A DNA stretch of 64,000 nt from Eledone cirrhosa (GCA_964016885.1 OZ024742.1:355260001-355324000); one strand, 5' to 3'. Numbered from the stretch's first letter, positions 1 to 13,590 are shown. Numbers and translations are program-made. The notes: generated by a model not told the origin, from the letters alone.

Positions 1-1376
1 CATCAACACTTTGCTACTTTGTCGTCTGCTATTTAAAACCGAAACATTATTTATATTTGGAAATGAAGGCACTGGATAGCAAGAGACAAGGTATATTTAC
101 CATCTCATCACTATATTCTTTTCTACATAAAACTACTTTATAATATCCTGTGCAATGAGTTACCAAATCAGATAGAATTAAAATACTCGTTGTTGCAATA
201 GTAGTTATCCCTCCCAAACATTTGACTGAAAATGTGTGACTCCTCAGACTCTTGAGTCTCGAAACAAAGATTTAAAATTACGTCAGAGCTGAAAAAGTTC
301 TATGAATATTCAGCTGTGAAGTGTAATCGAGAACGGACATCACTGCATATAATTACACACATATTAAGTGATACGTGATATGATAGTTAAATGTTATTTA
401 TTAATTTCATGTCGCTGATTAAAACTTAATCTGTCACGAATTATTTTATTTCTAAAATGTGTGTTGGCAATGTGTAAAGTTTGAAAAGTGTTGTTATCGC
501 CTTTCATACGGAACAGAAAACTATAGTTAGTGATGCCATGGAGAAAGTAATCAATGAAAAAGTACACTGACATTTTTCCAAGTTCTAATGGTAAACTATG
601 GTGTAGGGTAATGTCATATATTTCTAGTGTCTTATAAATATATGTGATGGTTGATCGATTATACAGTAACAACACGATATTTATTATATTCTCCTCTTTC
701 GTCTTTACCCACATTGACTTGGGAGAGCCGTGCGGACAAGAATCTTTACACACGTCCTTTGCTTCTGGGAGGACTGCCAGATGCAACTGTCGCTCATTGA
801 TCCGGGTGAATCTCAAATCAGAACCAGCCGAGCTCATGCATCTTGACCAACGATATTGCATAGTGTCTAAACCTGAGTCTTCTGCAATTATTCCCTGAGA
901 CAGTTTGACCACACTTCCGAAGAAACCGAGCTGTGATCCGTGAATTCGCAGAAGTAGAGCCTACACCATCATTAATTTACTGTTATTCAAGCTACACTAT
1001 CGAGTTACTCTAAAGGCCCTACGTAAGAAAGGTTACTATTTATTTCAGAAGTAATCAATTATGACCTGATCTCTTGTTTCGCTTTTCAATTAGACATTTG
1101 GGTAATTCGTCAAATCACAACGGGCAGAATGTATAAGACATTAAATGGATTAAGATTGTACGTCGTGATAATGACAATAATTAATTATATATGTTTTTCA
1201 TAACTGTTGAAAATATATCTTTTCCGATCTCTAACGGATATTAATTACCACAGCACAGGGTTATTAATACAGGTTTGAAATAAACGAGTTCATATATTGT
1301 AAATATAACAGTTTCAGTTGAGAAATCAATTAAGGAAAGGTTTAGATGAGTAAGACATTCCCTACACACACAAGAC

Positions 1377-1416
<40 letters not shown>

Positions 1417-1420
<4 letters not shown>

Positions 1421-2565
1421 AAAATTGAACGGGAACAAAACAGAGAGGCAGTACGAACAAAGGATTATTAATTTCACGCTCATGAGAGTGGGGTGGTGGA
1501 GGGGAACGACGTTTCGGGCATAAGCCCTTCTTCAGGTGAAAAGTGTATGGGAAGAGAGTTCAAAGGGTGTGTAGGTGAGTGGTGGAGAGACATATAGCAA
1601 AAAGGAGGTGGAGGAAACGGTGCAAATGAAATTAAAAATAAAGGCATGATCAAAATAAAATGAAAATGGGGTAACACAGGTGGTGGAAGGGTGTGGGGCG
1701 TGTAGGGGTGGTGGCGGGTGGAGTGGCGAGAGGGAGACGGGGTGTTCGAGCGGGAAGGGCTGAATGTGGTGTGTGTGTAGGTGTACGTGTGTGTGTGTGT
1801 GTGTATGTGAAAGCAAGGGTTGGGGGAAGAACGGGGTTGCATGTTCAGGAAGAGGTGTGTGTGGGGTGGGGTGTAGGTCGGAGTGTGTGTGCGTGTGTGG
1901 ATAGAGGGGTGGGCGGAGAGGATTCTGGAGGCTGAATGTGTAAATATGTGGTGGTACGCACGTGTGTGTGTTGTGTTTATGCGTGTTGTGGATGTGGGTG
2001 GCGTGTGGGCAAAAACATGTTTGGGCGTATGGCTGGGGGTGAGTCGTAAAGGTAATTCCGTAAAAAGATGTGGTGGAATGCTGAGTAAAATCCTTGGGAT
2101 GCGATAGATTCTCGGGATCAAGGTTCACATATGTGTAATCCTTGACGATATTGGTCGGAAGAGGGGAGATGTCGTCTACGCGCGCAAAAGGAAGTGGTCA
2201 GAGTGTCAAGGCAGGAGGAGGGTTGTGTGTCTGTGTGTGCGGGGAGGTGGTCAGAGAGGCATAGCAACAGTAGGGTAGAATGGTAAATGAAGAAAGTCGG
2301 TGTGTCAGTGTGTGCGGAACTGCGGTGGACAGGGGAGGGGATGGGTAGGTGTGAAAGTTAGAGTGAAGAGGGGGTGTATTAGTAGAGGTGTTAGTGGGAT
2401 GTGTGAGTGTTTGAGAAAGGGTGTGGGTGGAGCGGGGAGAAAAGGGTGTGGGGGCCGATGGAGGGAGTGTAGTGTACTGGTGTGTGTGTGTGGTGAAGGG
2501 GGTGTTAGTGGGTGTTAGTATACTGGAGGTGGAGAAAGGGTTGAATGCGGGTGTGAGTGGGGGTC
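1417..2565 (-). mobile_element. 3' terminal region (pseudo-LTR) of the PLE family at 7.7-12.4 kb, inverted solo copy
   Basis: Reverse complement matches ~11330-12403 (e.g. gaacaaaacagagaggcagtac vs gtactgcctctctgttttgttc); flanked by (TA)n on both sides; carries the same HHR motif. Confidence 0.85.
1506..1537 (-). ncRNA. Minimal type I hammerhead ribozyme motif (PLE type)
   Basis: Minus strand AC-CUGAAGA-A-GGGC-uuau-GCCC-GAAA-C-GUC-GU; helix I only about 2 bp. Confidence 0.7.
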
Positions 2566-2573
2566 ATATATAT

Positions 2574-2640
<67 letters not shown>

Positions 2641-3080
2641 TGTATATAAATGAAAGGTATAGAAATTGTTGTAGCGAGAAGCTAACAGTATTCCATAACA
2701 TATGTGCGACTCTAGCGTTAAAATCGGAAAAATAGTTAACGTAAGATGTGGGAAAAGTAATTCAAACTCATCTCAAAGAGAATCAGGATATAAATTCATC
2801 CACAGAATTTAGTGAAATCCAGGGAAAAATCAATAGAGCCTTAACTCATGATAAAATAAAGTCTAGATTACTCATCTTTCAATTTGAAAAAACTTCAAAT
2901 GCTCTGTATAGTCTTGAAGACTATTTCATGAAAACTTTCAGTGGAGATGGTCACGGTTGGATTTCAATCGTCAGCAGAACTCAACTCGAAAACCAGGACT
3001 CTCACAGATTTATATGCCAAAAAGGGAATTTTAAAACTGGCTAGGTCACCATCATGCGTGAATATGAAAAACGCACATGA

Positions 3081-3122
<42 letters not shown>

Positions 3123-3203
3123 GGAACACGTATGACCTCTACGGCAGAGCTCAAGCCGTTTCGACGTTTAGTTTATTTCTAAGAAATAGCCGTCCAACCT
3201 TTG

Positions 3204-3287
<84 letters not shown>

Positions 3288-3920
3288 CAAAGTTACATAA
3301 GTGAACATGAACGATTGTATAGCACGTGTGATGTCAGGTTGCGCTAGAGATGTGAAGAAACGCTCAGTTTGTAAGATTCAGATTAGACGATGACAAAAAT
3401 AATAGACATGGAAATTTACAAGAGACATTTTACCGAAAACAGTTAAATACGGTAAGTATTATGATTACAAGTAAATCGATGACGAACTTGACATGTAAGC
3501 GTGCAACATGTTAACACTGGAAAGAATGAAATGTTGAGAAATAATGTAGGAAAATTAACAGGGAAGAAATATATTATTCGGTTGAACTTAATTAGACGTC
3601 ACATACATCAATCGCTGTTTAATCTCTTACAGAATAAAATTGTTACCAAAATGTAGAAGTGTAGAATCCCATACTCTTTATTCATGTACGTTAAATGGAG
3701 AATGAAAAATATCTTTCCCCACAAAAGTTGATACGGACCATAAATTATTACTATGTTGAGGTGAATTAGATTGATATGAAATTTATTTGGAAAGACGTGT
3801 ATTTCCGCTGAGTTGATAATATAACATTACAACACCAGGTATTTGAAAATGCACGGACCAAGAAGGTTATAAACATATACACCCCGTCCGTCCCCTCGAC
3901 CTATCTTATTTCTCATTCTT

Positions 3921-3956
3921 TCTTCTGATGAAGGGATAGCGTCCGAAAAGTTAAGA
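3921..3956 (+). ncRNA. Degenerate minimal hammerhead motif in a PLE-like 3' end
   Basis: UCUU-CUGAUGA-ag-GGA-uagcg-UCC-GAAA-a-GUU-AAGA; helix I UCUU/AAGA; helix III has a mismatch. Confidence 0.55.
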
Positions 3957-4083
3957 CACTCTTTCTGCTATATCAAGAGTTAACCTAATATATTCCTTCC
4001 ATATACTGTACCGATTGTGTTGTTATTTCAGTTACACTTTCACATACATAGACACATACATATATATATAAATATATATATAT

Positions 4084-4155
4084 ATAAGTTGAAAAAAATG
4101 AAAACGAAAAACGAAATTTCATTTCTCACTCTTAGTATGGCAATTACTTAAATGT
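4084..4155 (-). repeat. 72-bp inverted fragment of the 471-bp monomer capping the array
   Basis: Exact reverse complement of 4315-4386. Confidence 0.9.
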
Positions 4156-7138
4156 TGACAAACGAACAAAGCAGCGCTATAATAAGCATCTGCTAAACTG
4201 ATGCGTGCATATATGTATGTGTACCTGCATGTATGTATATATATATATATATATATATATGCATGCTACTGTACGTATGTATACATATATGTATGTACGT
4301 ATACATACATACTTACATTTAAGTAATTGCCATACTAAGAGTGAGAAATGAAATTTCGTTTTTCGTTTTCATTTTTTTCAACTTATCGTTTTCGGTATGC
4401 CTGACCGATTTAACTCACTCAATATGCAAATTAGGCTGCTCAGCCGTTAATTTTCATAAGGAAAGTATATACTTTCGAACGTTCAACTATCTGGCAGATG
4501 GGTAAACGGTGCTGATGATAGCTAACAAGCTTGAAACTAGTACATCGTTCCTGTGTCAGTGTTGAACAAAAAGGTGACGTGGTTGCCTTAACACCGTATG
4601 GCATAAATTCAGGCTGTTCAGTTTGTTGACAAACGAACAAAGCAGCGCTATAATAAGCATCTGCTAAACTGATGCGTGCATATATGTATGTGTACCTGCA
4701 TGTATGTATATATATATATATATATATATATGCATGCTACTGTACGTCTGTATACATATATGTATGTACGTATACATACATACTTACATTTAAGTAATTG
4801 CCATACTAAGAGTGAGAAATGAAATTTCGTTTTTCGTTTTCATTTTTTTCAACTTATCGTTTTCGGTATGCCTGACCGATTTAACTCACTCAATATGCAA
4901 ATTAGGCTGCTCAGCCGTTAATTTTCATAAGGAAAGTATATACTTTCGAACGTTCAACTATCTGGCAGATGGGTAAACGGTGCTGATGATAGCTAACAAG
5001 CTTGAAACTAGTACATCGTTCCTGTGTCAGTGTTGAACAAAAAGGTGACGTGGTTGCCTTAACACCGTATGGCATAAATTCAGGCTGTTCAGTTTGTTGA
5101 CAAACGAACAAAGCAGCGCTATAATAAGCATCTGCTAAACTGATGCGTGCATATATGTATGTGTACCTGCATGTATGTATATATATATATATATATATAT
5201 ATGCATGCTACTGTACGTCTGTATACATATATGTATGTACGTATACATACATACTTACATTTAAGTAATTGCCATACTAAGAGTGAGAAATGAAATTTCG
5301 TTTTTCGTTTTCATTTTTTTCAACTTATCGTTTTCGGTATGCCTGACCGATTTAACTCACTCAATATGCAAATTAGGCTGCTCAGCCGTTAATTTTCATA
5401 AGGAAAGTATATACTTTCGAACGTTCAACTATCTGGCAGATGGGTAAACGGTGCTGATGATAGCTAACAAGCTTGAAACTAGTACATCGTTCCTGTGTCA
5501 GTGTTGAACAAAAAGGTGACGTGGTTGCCTTAACACCGTATGGCATAAATTCAGGCTGTTCAGTTTGTTGACAAACGAACAAAGCAGCGCTATAATAAGC
5601 ATCTGCTAAACTGATGCGTGCATATATGTATGTGTACCTGCATGTATGTATATATATATATATATATATATATGCATGCTACTGTACGTATGTATACATA
5701 TATGTATGTACGTATACATACATACTTACATTTAAGTAATTGCCATACTAAGAGTGAGAAATGAAATTTCGTTTTTCGTTTTCATTTTTTTCAACTTATC
5801 GTTTTCGGTATGCCTGACCGATTTAACTCACTCAATATGCAAATTAGGCTGCTCAGCCGTTAATTTTCATAAGGAAAGTATATACTTTCGAACGTTCAAC
5901 TATCTGGCAGATGGGTAAACGGTGCTGATGATAGCTAACAAGCTTGAAACTAGTACATCGTTCCTGTGTCAGTGTTGAACAAAAAGGTGACGTGGTTGCC
6001 TTAACACCGTATGGCATAAATTCAGGCTGTTCAGTTTGTTGACAAACGAACAAAGCAGCGCTATAATAAGCATCTGCTAAACTGATGCGTGCATATATGT
6101 ATGTGTACCTGCATGTATGTATATATATATATATATATATATATGCATGCTACTGTACGTCTGTATACATATATGTATGTACGTATACATACATACTTAC
6201 ATTTAAGTAATTGCCATACTAAGAGTGAGAAATGAAATTTCGTTTTTCGTTTTCATTTTTTTCAACTTATCGTTTTCGGTATGCCTGACCGATTTAACTC
6301 ACTCAATATGCAAATTAGGCTGCTCAGCCGTTAATTTTCATAAGGAAAGTATATACTTTCGAACGTTCAACTATCTGGCAGATGGGTAAACGGTGCTGAT
6401 GATAGCTAACAAGCTTGAAACTAGTACATCGTTCCTGTGTCAGTGTTGAACAAAAAGGTGACGTGGTTGCCTTAACACCGTATGGCATAAATTCAGGCTG
6501 TTCAGTTTGTTGACAAACGAACAAAGCAGCGCTATAATAAGCATCTGCTAAACTGATGCGTGCATATATGTATGTGTACCTGCATGTATGTATATATATA
6601 TATATATATATATGCATGCTACTGTACGTCTGTATACATATATGTATGTACGTATACATACATACTTACATTTAAGTAATTGCCATACTAAGAGTGAGAA
6701 ATGAAATTTCGTTTTTTGTTTTCATTTTTTTTCAACTTATCGTTTTCGGTATGCCTGACCGATTTAACTCACTCAATATGCAAATTAGGCTGCTCAGCCG
6801 TTAATTTTCATAAGGAAAGTATATACTTTCGAACGTTCAACTATCTGGCAGATGGGTAAACGGTGCTGATGATAGCTAACAAGCTTGAAACTAGTACATC
6901 GTTCCTGTGTCAGTGTTGAACAAAAAGGTGACGTGGTTGCCTTAACACCGTATGGCATAAATTCAGGCTGTTCAGTTTGTTGACAAACGAACAAAGCAGC
7001 GCTATAATAAGCATCTGCTAAACTGATGCGTGCATATATGTATGTGTACCTGCATGTATGTATATATATATATATATATATATATGCATGCTACTGTACG
7101 TCTGTATACATATATGTATGTACGTATACATACATACT

Positions 7139-7143
<5 letters not shown>
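4153..7143 (+). repeat. Tandem array of ~6.3 x 471-bp near-identical units, each with a hammerhead ribozyme (retrozyme-like / PLE pseudo-LTR array)
   Basis: CTGATGA cores at 4512, 4983, 5454, 5925, 6396 and 6866 (period 471, last 470); bounded by (TA)n. Confidence 0.95.
4505..4549 (+). ncRNA. Minimal type I hammerhead ribozyme (first of six; others at 4976, 5447, 5918, 6389, 6859)
   Basis: AACGGUG-CUGAUGA-u-AGCU-aaca-AGCU-u-GAAA-CUAG-UA-CAUCGUU: 7-bp helix I, 4-bp helix II with U.U at its base, palindromic helix III ACUAGU, GUA cleavage triplet. Confidence 0.8.
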
Positions 7144-7218
<75 letters not shown>

Positions 7219-7380
7219 AAAGTTAAACAACTTTCAATGAATACATCAAACAATGAGTTTTACAAGAGATTGGAAGCACTCAACAGCAATAGGTTTTTTC
7301 AGAGTTATTAATATTTATTCACTACCATGACTAAATCATAACCATCTAATATGTCAGGGTACGTCATGTATCATTTTATT

Positions 7381-7431
7381 TTATCTGATGAGGACGTACT
7401 TAACTCAGTACCTCTGAAATATGTATAATAA
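7381..7431 (+). ncRNA. Minimal type I hammerhead ribozyme
   Basis: UUAU-CUGAUGA-GGACGUACU-uaacuc-AGUACCUCU-GAAA-UAUGUA-UA-AUAA; helix III region AUAUGUAU is self-complementary with G.U pairs. Confidence 0.65.
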
Positions 7432-7471
7432 CATATATTTGATCACAAGAATATTTTGTTGATATTTTGAA

Positions 7472-7531
<60 letters not shown>

Positions 7532-7597
7532 TATACATACATATATGTATACATATACATATGTATATTTATGTATATATATATATAAATATATATT

Positions 7598-7684
<87 letters not shown>

Positions 7685-8077
7685 CTTGGAACATAACTTA
7701 ACTACCGGCTCAACCCCGATCTAAACCGCGGTGACCTTTCTCCGAACTTTACTCACCTTCCCACACTTGGTCTTTCCTTCCACGCATTACCTCTGTTTGA
7801 TTTTGTTACTGTACTTGTTTATTTCCGTATATGATTCTTTGCCTGTGTTCTTACAATGTTATTTCTATTATTTTTTGTTCACGATTGCCTGTGTTTTTAC
7901 CTTTATGATTTTTTGTCTTTAATTTTCCTGTGTTTACTCCCCCCTCCCTACGTGTTTCTGTTTCATTTTCCCTTCCCCGTCTCTGCCTATCCTTCGCACT
8001 CACTCCTTCGTTCACTCCACCCTGCTTCACACCCCCTGCCTTCTCATCCCTCCCCCTGCTTTCATCCAACGCCCACC

Positions 8078-10857
8078 ATGCCCAGCCGGAGATCCTTTCT
8101 CCACCAACTACATAATCGCCTCAAAATGTTCCTCCCACCCTGCTATCTCCCATCTGCCCTTCAACTCTCCTACCTTCTCTTCGCCAAAACACGGCACTCC
8201 AGCCACATCCATTTCCTCAGCCACTGCCTCCGCCTCCACCTTATCCCCCTCGGCTTCCGTCTACGCTTCCACCCTTCGTCCGCCGCTTCACCCTCCACGC
8301 AACGTATCCTCACCCGATCCTCACGCCTCCTGATGCGCAACTCCATCCGCGCCTCCCGTTCCACCCTCCGCCAACTTGACCACCAACTGACCCCCACCCT
8401 CCTCCGCCTTAACTCCACCTGCCACCCCCTCCTCGCCCAAGCCATCCTCTCCTTCATCCAAAACCTCAACCATAACCTCTTCTTCCTCAGCTCCACCAAA
8501 GCCAGCAGCTACACTCACTCCTCCCAACCACCCCCATCCACCACCACCCGCCCATCCCCATACGCCCACCACTCTCCACCTCTCCCACGACCCCCCATCC
8601 CACTACATCCCTCCACCCCACCCCTCACCACCCCTCCCTTCCCCCCAAACACCCAAATCCCACCACTTGTTGCCACCATACCCACTGACCTCCACCTCTC
8701 CGCACCATAGCACTCACTCCTTAGTAGAGGCCTTCGCTGCATACCCCACACTCCGCAGAGCGACGAGTTCCGTACCCGAACGGAAGTCGAGCGATTCGTG
8801 CGACGCACTAAGCTACAGGCACATTTCGGCCGAACGCCACCGGCTCCGGATTCTCTAGACCTGTTTCTCGCCCTGGGCCGACGGCCATCTTCTTGGACGC
8901 CGGCCCCAGGGCAATTTAGCACCTTGGACGCCTTCGTCGATGACAGCCGTAGCGCAGTAGATCGTTTCGACTTCCGCCACCGTTCCAAACGGTACAATAT
9001 CTCACGGGGCGAACTCCTCGCTCTCCGCTCCCTCCGTAGCCGAGATGACATCGTCATCAAACCGGCGGACAAGGAAGGCGCCGTAGTGGTGTGTCGCGCG
9101 GACCTCTACACGGCCGAAGCCCTCAGGCAGCTCTGTAACCCCCCTTCTACCGCCCTCTACCCTCTGATACTACCCACTCTACCAACAACAAGTCTCCTCC
9201 ACCATCAAAGAACTTATCGCCTCCTCCCTCCTCCCCCCACCGCTTCCCACCTCATCGTCCGCACCCCCCGCACCCCCACCATCTACTTCCTAACCAAACT
9301 CCACAAACCCGACAACCCCGGCCGCCCCATCGTCTCCGCTTGCAACTTCCCCACCGAACTCATCTCCGCCTTTCTCGACTCCATCCTCGCCCCCTTGTCA
9401 CCACCCTCCCCTCCCACATCTCCGACACCAACCAAGCCCTGCGCCTTTTCGACTCCTTCACCTACCCACCCGGCCCACAGCCCTTCCTCTTCACCCTAGA
9501 CATCAAGTCCCTCTATACCGTCATCCCCCACGCCGACGGCCTACGCGCCCTCAAACACTACCTCGACCTTCGCCCCTCCCCCATTTCCTCCACCCCCACC
9601 CTCCTTCGCCTTGCCGAGCTGGTCCTCAGCCTGAATTGTTTCTCTTTCTCGGGTGAGTTTTACCAACAGGTCACGGGGGTAGCCATGGGTACAAGAATGG
9701 GCCCGAACTATGCCAACCTTATTGTTGGCCATGTTGAGGCCCAAATCTTTGCCCAGTACACCGGCCCCACGCCCGAAATGTACGGTCGTTACATTGACAA
9801 CTGTATCGGAGCCACGACCCTCACCCGAGATCAGCTCGACTCCTTTCTCTCCTTCTTCAGCTCCTTCCACCCCTCCCTCCACTTCACCACCTCTATCTCC
9901 ACCACCTCTATCTCCAACACCCACGTCCACTTCTTAGACATCCCCGTCGCCTTCGACCCCTCCCACCACCCCCTCGTCACCTCCGCGTTCTTCAAACCCA
10001 CCGACTCCCACTCTTACCTCGACTTCACCTCTTCCCACCCCGCCCACACTAAACACTCCATTCCCTACTCCCAACTTCTCAGGATCCGCGGCCTCTGTAG
10101 CCGAGATGCTGACTTTGAGTCCCAGGCCCTTTCCCTAGTCAGCCATTTCATTCGCAGAGGTTACCCCCTCTCTCGTCCACACCGCTCTCACCCGCGCCCG
10201 TGCTGTCCCCCGCTCCACCACCCTCACCCCACGCCAGCGCACACCCACCCACCGTCTCCCCTTCCACCTCACTTACCACCTCTCCAACTTACCCCTCCAC
10301 CGCACCATCCGCCGCCTCTTCCGACGCCTCCAGTCCGACCCCTCCACCTCCCACATCTTCCCGACCCCACCACTCCCCTCCTTCAAACGCGAACGCAATC
10401 TCCGCACCCTCCTCGTCCACAGCTCCCTACCCCCAACCCACGCTATGCCCCCCCCCTTGCTTTCCCTGTTCTAGGCCCCGCTGCAACACCTATCCCCACA
10501 TCACCAACACCACAACCTCCAGGGCCCCAACGGCCACTTTCTCTCTGTCCGGCATGCCTTCCGCTGCACCTCCTCCAACCTAAGCTACGGACTTCGGACA
10601 GACTTATGTCGGACAGACGGGACGTCGCCTGGCGGACCGACTCACTGAGCACCTCCGGGATATTCGTCTCGGGGGTAGTTCCCCCATCGCCCGCCACTTT
10701 GGTGGCCCTGGACATTCCGCACGCCATCTCACAGTCTGTGGCCTACTCCAATGCCACGGAACACCCGCCAATCGCCTTAGAGTCGAACAAAGAACTATCT
10801 TCATCTTACAGCCCCCCCCCCCCCCCGGCCCTGAACTCCCTACCCTTATTCCTTTAG
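8078..10857 (+). pseudogene. PLE reverse transcriptase / GIY-YIG endonuclease polyprotein, frameshifted
   Basis: Motifs are spread over ORFs 7856-8710, 8798-9499, 9340-10857 and other frames; the catalytic YIDD reads YIDN. Confidence 0.88.
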
Positions 10858-12280
10858 CCTTCGATCGCCCCCCCCCCCCTCTCCCCACATTTATCCCCCA
10901 CTAACACCACTAACACACCCCTCTTTTCACCGCCCACCCACAACTAACAATACTAACACCTCCACTCCACCCCTCATCCGACCACCCTTCCCCAACTAAC
11001 ATACTGACATCCCTCCCTTCTTCTCCTCCCCCTCCTTATCACACGCACACACCCATCGGCACATATATACACGCTCTCACACTAAACACACACCCTACTA
11101 CCACCACTAACCCTCACCCACACCTCTCACCCCCACACCTCCATCCCACCACCCCGTAACTAACCTCACTAACACCCCCTGACCCCAAACACACGAACAC
11201 ACGCACCCACTTACACCACCCAGCCCACACGCAACTAACATCACTAACACCCCCCAACCCCACGCACACGTACCCACACACCCTCGTACACCACCAACTC
11301 TACACACGCTACCACCACTAACCCCCAATCACACCTGCATTCAACCCTTCCCCACCTCCCGTATACTAACAGCCCTTCATCAAACACAGTACACCACACT
11401 CCCTCCATAGAACTACACACACCCTTCTCTCCCCGCTCCACCCACACCCTCGCTCCACACTCACTCATCCCACTAACACCTCTACTAATACACACACACC
11501 CTCCTCACTCCACATTTCACACCTACCCATCCTCACCCCTTTACCATTCCACCGACTGCTGCTATACCCTCTGACCACCTTCCAGCACAAACAGACACAC
11601 AGCACTCCCACTGCTTGACCACTTCTTGTTGCGCGCGCACCCCACATCTCTCCTCTTCCGACCCTCGCTTCATGGAATACTCGTATTACCAATTTTCAAG
11701 CATCCTCTTACGTAATCACCTCTATAACTCACCCACACACACACCCCAAACATTTTTTTTTCTCCACCTACACCCACAACACGCTTAAGCCCCACAATCA
11801 CGTGCTTTGCACCACATATTTACACCCTCAGCCTCCTGATTCCTCTCCCCCCACCCCTCTATCCACACACGCACATACACTCCGACCTACAACCCCCCCA
11901 CCCACACCTCTTCCTGAACATGCAACCCCGTTCTTCCCCCAACCCTTACTTTCACATACACACACACACACACACACACACGTACACCTACACACACACA
12001 CCACCTTCAGCCCTCCCCGCTCGGACACCCCTCTCCCTCTCTCCACTCCTCCCGTCGCCACCCCTACCCACCCCACTCCCTTCCACCACCTGTTTTACCC
12101 CCTTTTAATTTCAGTTTATTTTGATCATGCTTTTATATTTAAATTTATTTCATTCCTTGTATTTTGATCATGCTCTATTTTTATTTTTATTTTTAATTTC
12201 ATTCGCACCGTTTCCTTTCGCTATATGTCTCTCCACCACTCCCCTACACACCCTTTGAACTCTGTTCCCACACACTTCTC

Positions 12281-12312
12281 ACCTGAGGAACGGCTTATGC
12301 CCGAAACGTCGT
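12281..12312 (+). ncRNA. Minimal hammerhead motif in PLE 3' end
   Basis: AC-CUGAGGA-a-cGGC-uuau-GCCc-GAAA-C-GUC-GU; homologous to 1506-1537. Confidence 0.6.
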
Positions 12313-12400
12313 TCCCCACCAACACCCCACTCTCCAGAGCGTGAAATTAATAAACATTCGTTGTACTGCCTCTCTGTTTTGTTCCTGTTCAAATTTGTCC

Positions 12401-12474
<74 letters not shown>

Positions 12475-12496
12475 TGTGTGTATATATGTATATATA

Positions 12497-13018
12497 AAGA
12501 ATTACAACCAAAATTAAATAGAAAATATGAGTGGAACAGCAACATCACAACTTACAATTAAGGACAAAATGAAAACATACACGCACATAGAACAAACAAC
12601 CAACCTGTAGCATGCAAATAAACAAATAAATAAACAAATATAAACACACACAGACACCCGGATGTGGGGCATGCGCAGACTGAGCACACAACACACACAC
12701 ATAAACAAGATGGCGTAGGACAGAACAAAGGAGAGGCACAAAAACAAAGAAAATAATCCCCAGTCACTGAAGAGGTCACAGAATGTCTGACGAAAGGACT
12801 TTGACAATATATAAACAAGCATCTGGTTGTGGAACCAACCAACCAACCAACCGGAAATTTATAAATTCCTAAAGTTATAAATTTATTATAAAAATTGAAG
12901 TGAAATCATTTGGTGCGTGTGTTACTTATTGGCAACATGACCCTCCAAAAGTATAACAATATCGGTTTCAACGCACGTTTTCAGATAAAGAATCTTGCTA
13001 AACAAATTCAGAAACGAA

Positions 13019-13020
<2 letters not shown>
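12497..13020 (+). mobile_element. PLE pseudo-LTR (family B) with hammerhead at 12763-12805
   Basis: Diverged direct copy of ~14537-15050; GUCA-CUGAAGA-g-GUCAcA-gaaug-UcUGAC-GAAA-ggac-UU-UGAC. Confidence 0.8.
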
Positions 13021-13049
<29 letters not shown>

Positions 13050-13472
13050 AATTAATGTAGGCAAGATGCCAACAATAATTCAGACATATATATATATATA
13101 TATATTGTTATACTTGGGGAGGGACATATTGTTGTAATAATATTGCTAAACTTAATAACAGAACACACTCACTGTGTGGTTGGTTTTCGCTTCTGTATAT
13201 CAGTTAATTTATTAAATGATAAGAGAAGACCGACAGAAGAGAAAACGTCTGTATTGAATGCATTGTCTTGTTTACAGTGTTTGTGTGTATTGTGTGTGTA
13301 TTGTGTGTGTGTGTATGTGTGTGTGTGGGAATGATCGTGTGTGTGTGTGTATATATATCTGTGTGTGTACGTCAATACTCATCTCTTTCCATTTCTCCGA
13401 GGGTTCCTACCCCCATTATCAGGCTAAATAATTTCTTTAATTTCTTGAGTCAAAATACGGCGATAGCTTACA

Positions 13473-13590
<118 letters not shown>

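Larger units (their letters stand above)
7700..12403 (+). mobile_element. Penelope-like retroelement (Neptune-like, Cys-rich linker), decayed near full-length copy
   Basis: Frameshifted ORF pieces carry PLE motifs HIHFLSHC..LIPLGF, IVIKPADKEGAVVV, KLHKPDNPGRPIVS, LDIKSLYTVIPH, GVAMGTRMGPNYANL, RYIDN, KPTDSHSYL..SSHP, CFPCSRPRC and GIY-YIG YVGQTGRRLADRLTEH; 3' HHR and AATAAA; (TA)n on both sides. Confidence 0.92.

Noticed and set aside
394-912. 172-aa ORF
   Set aside because: No recognisable domain; possibly a decayed LINE tail but not supportable
4440-6994. Repeated 66-aa ORF in each array unit
   Set aside because: Non-ATG start, antisense to the ribozyme, no recognisable motif; it recurs only because the DNA is repeated
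4153-7143. CRISPR-like array
   Set aside because: Units are identical end to end with no unique spacers, there are no cas genes, and the context is eukaryotic
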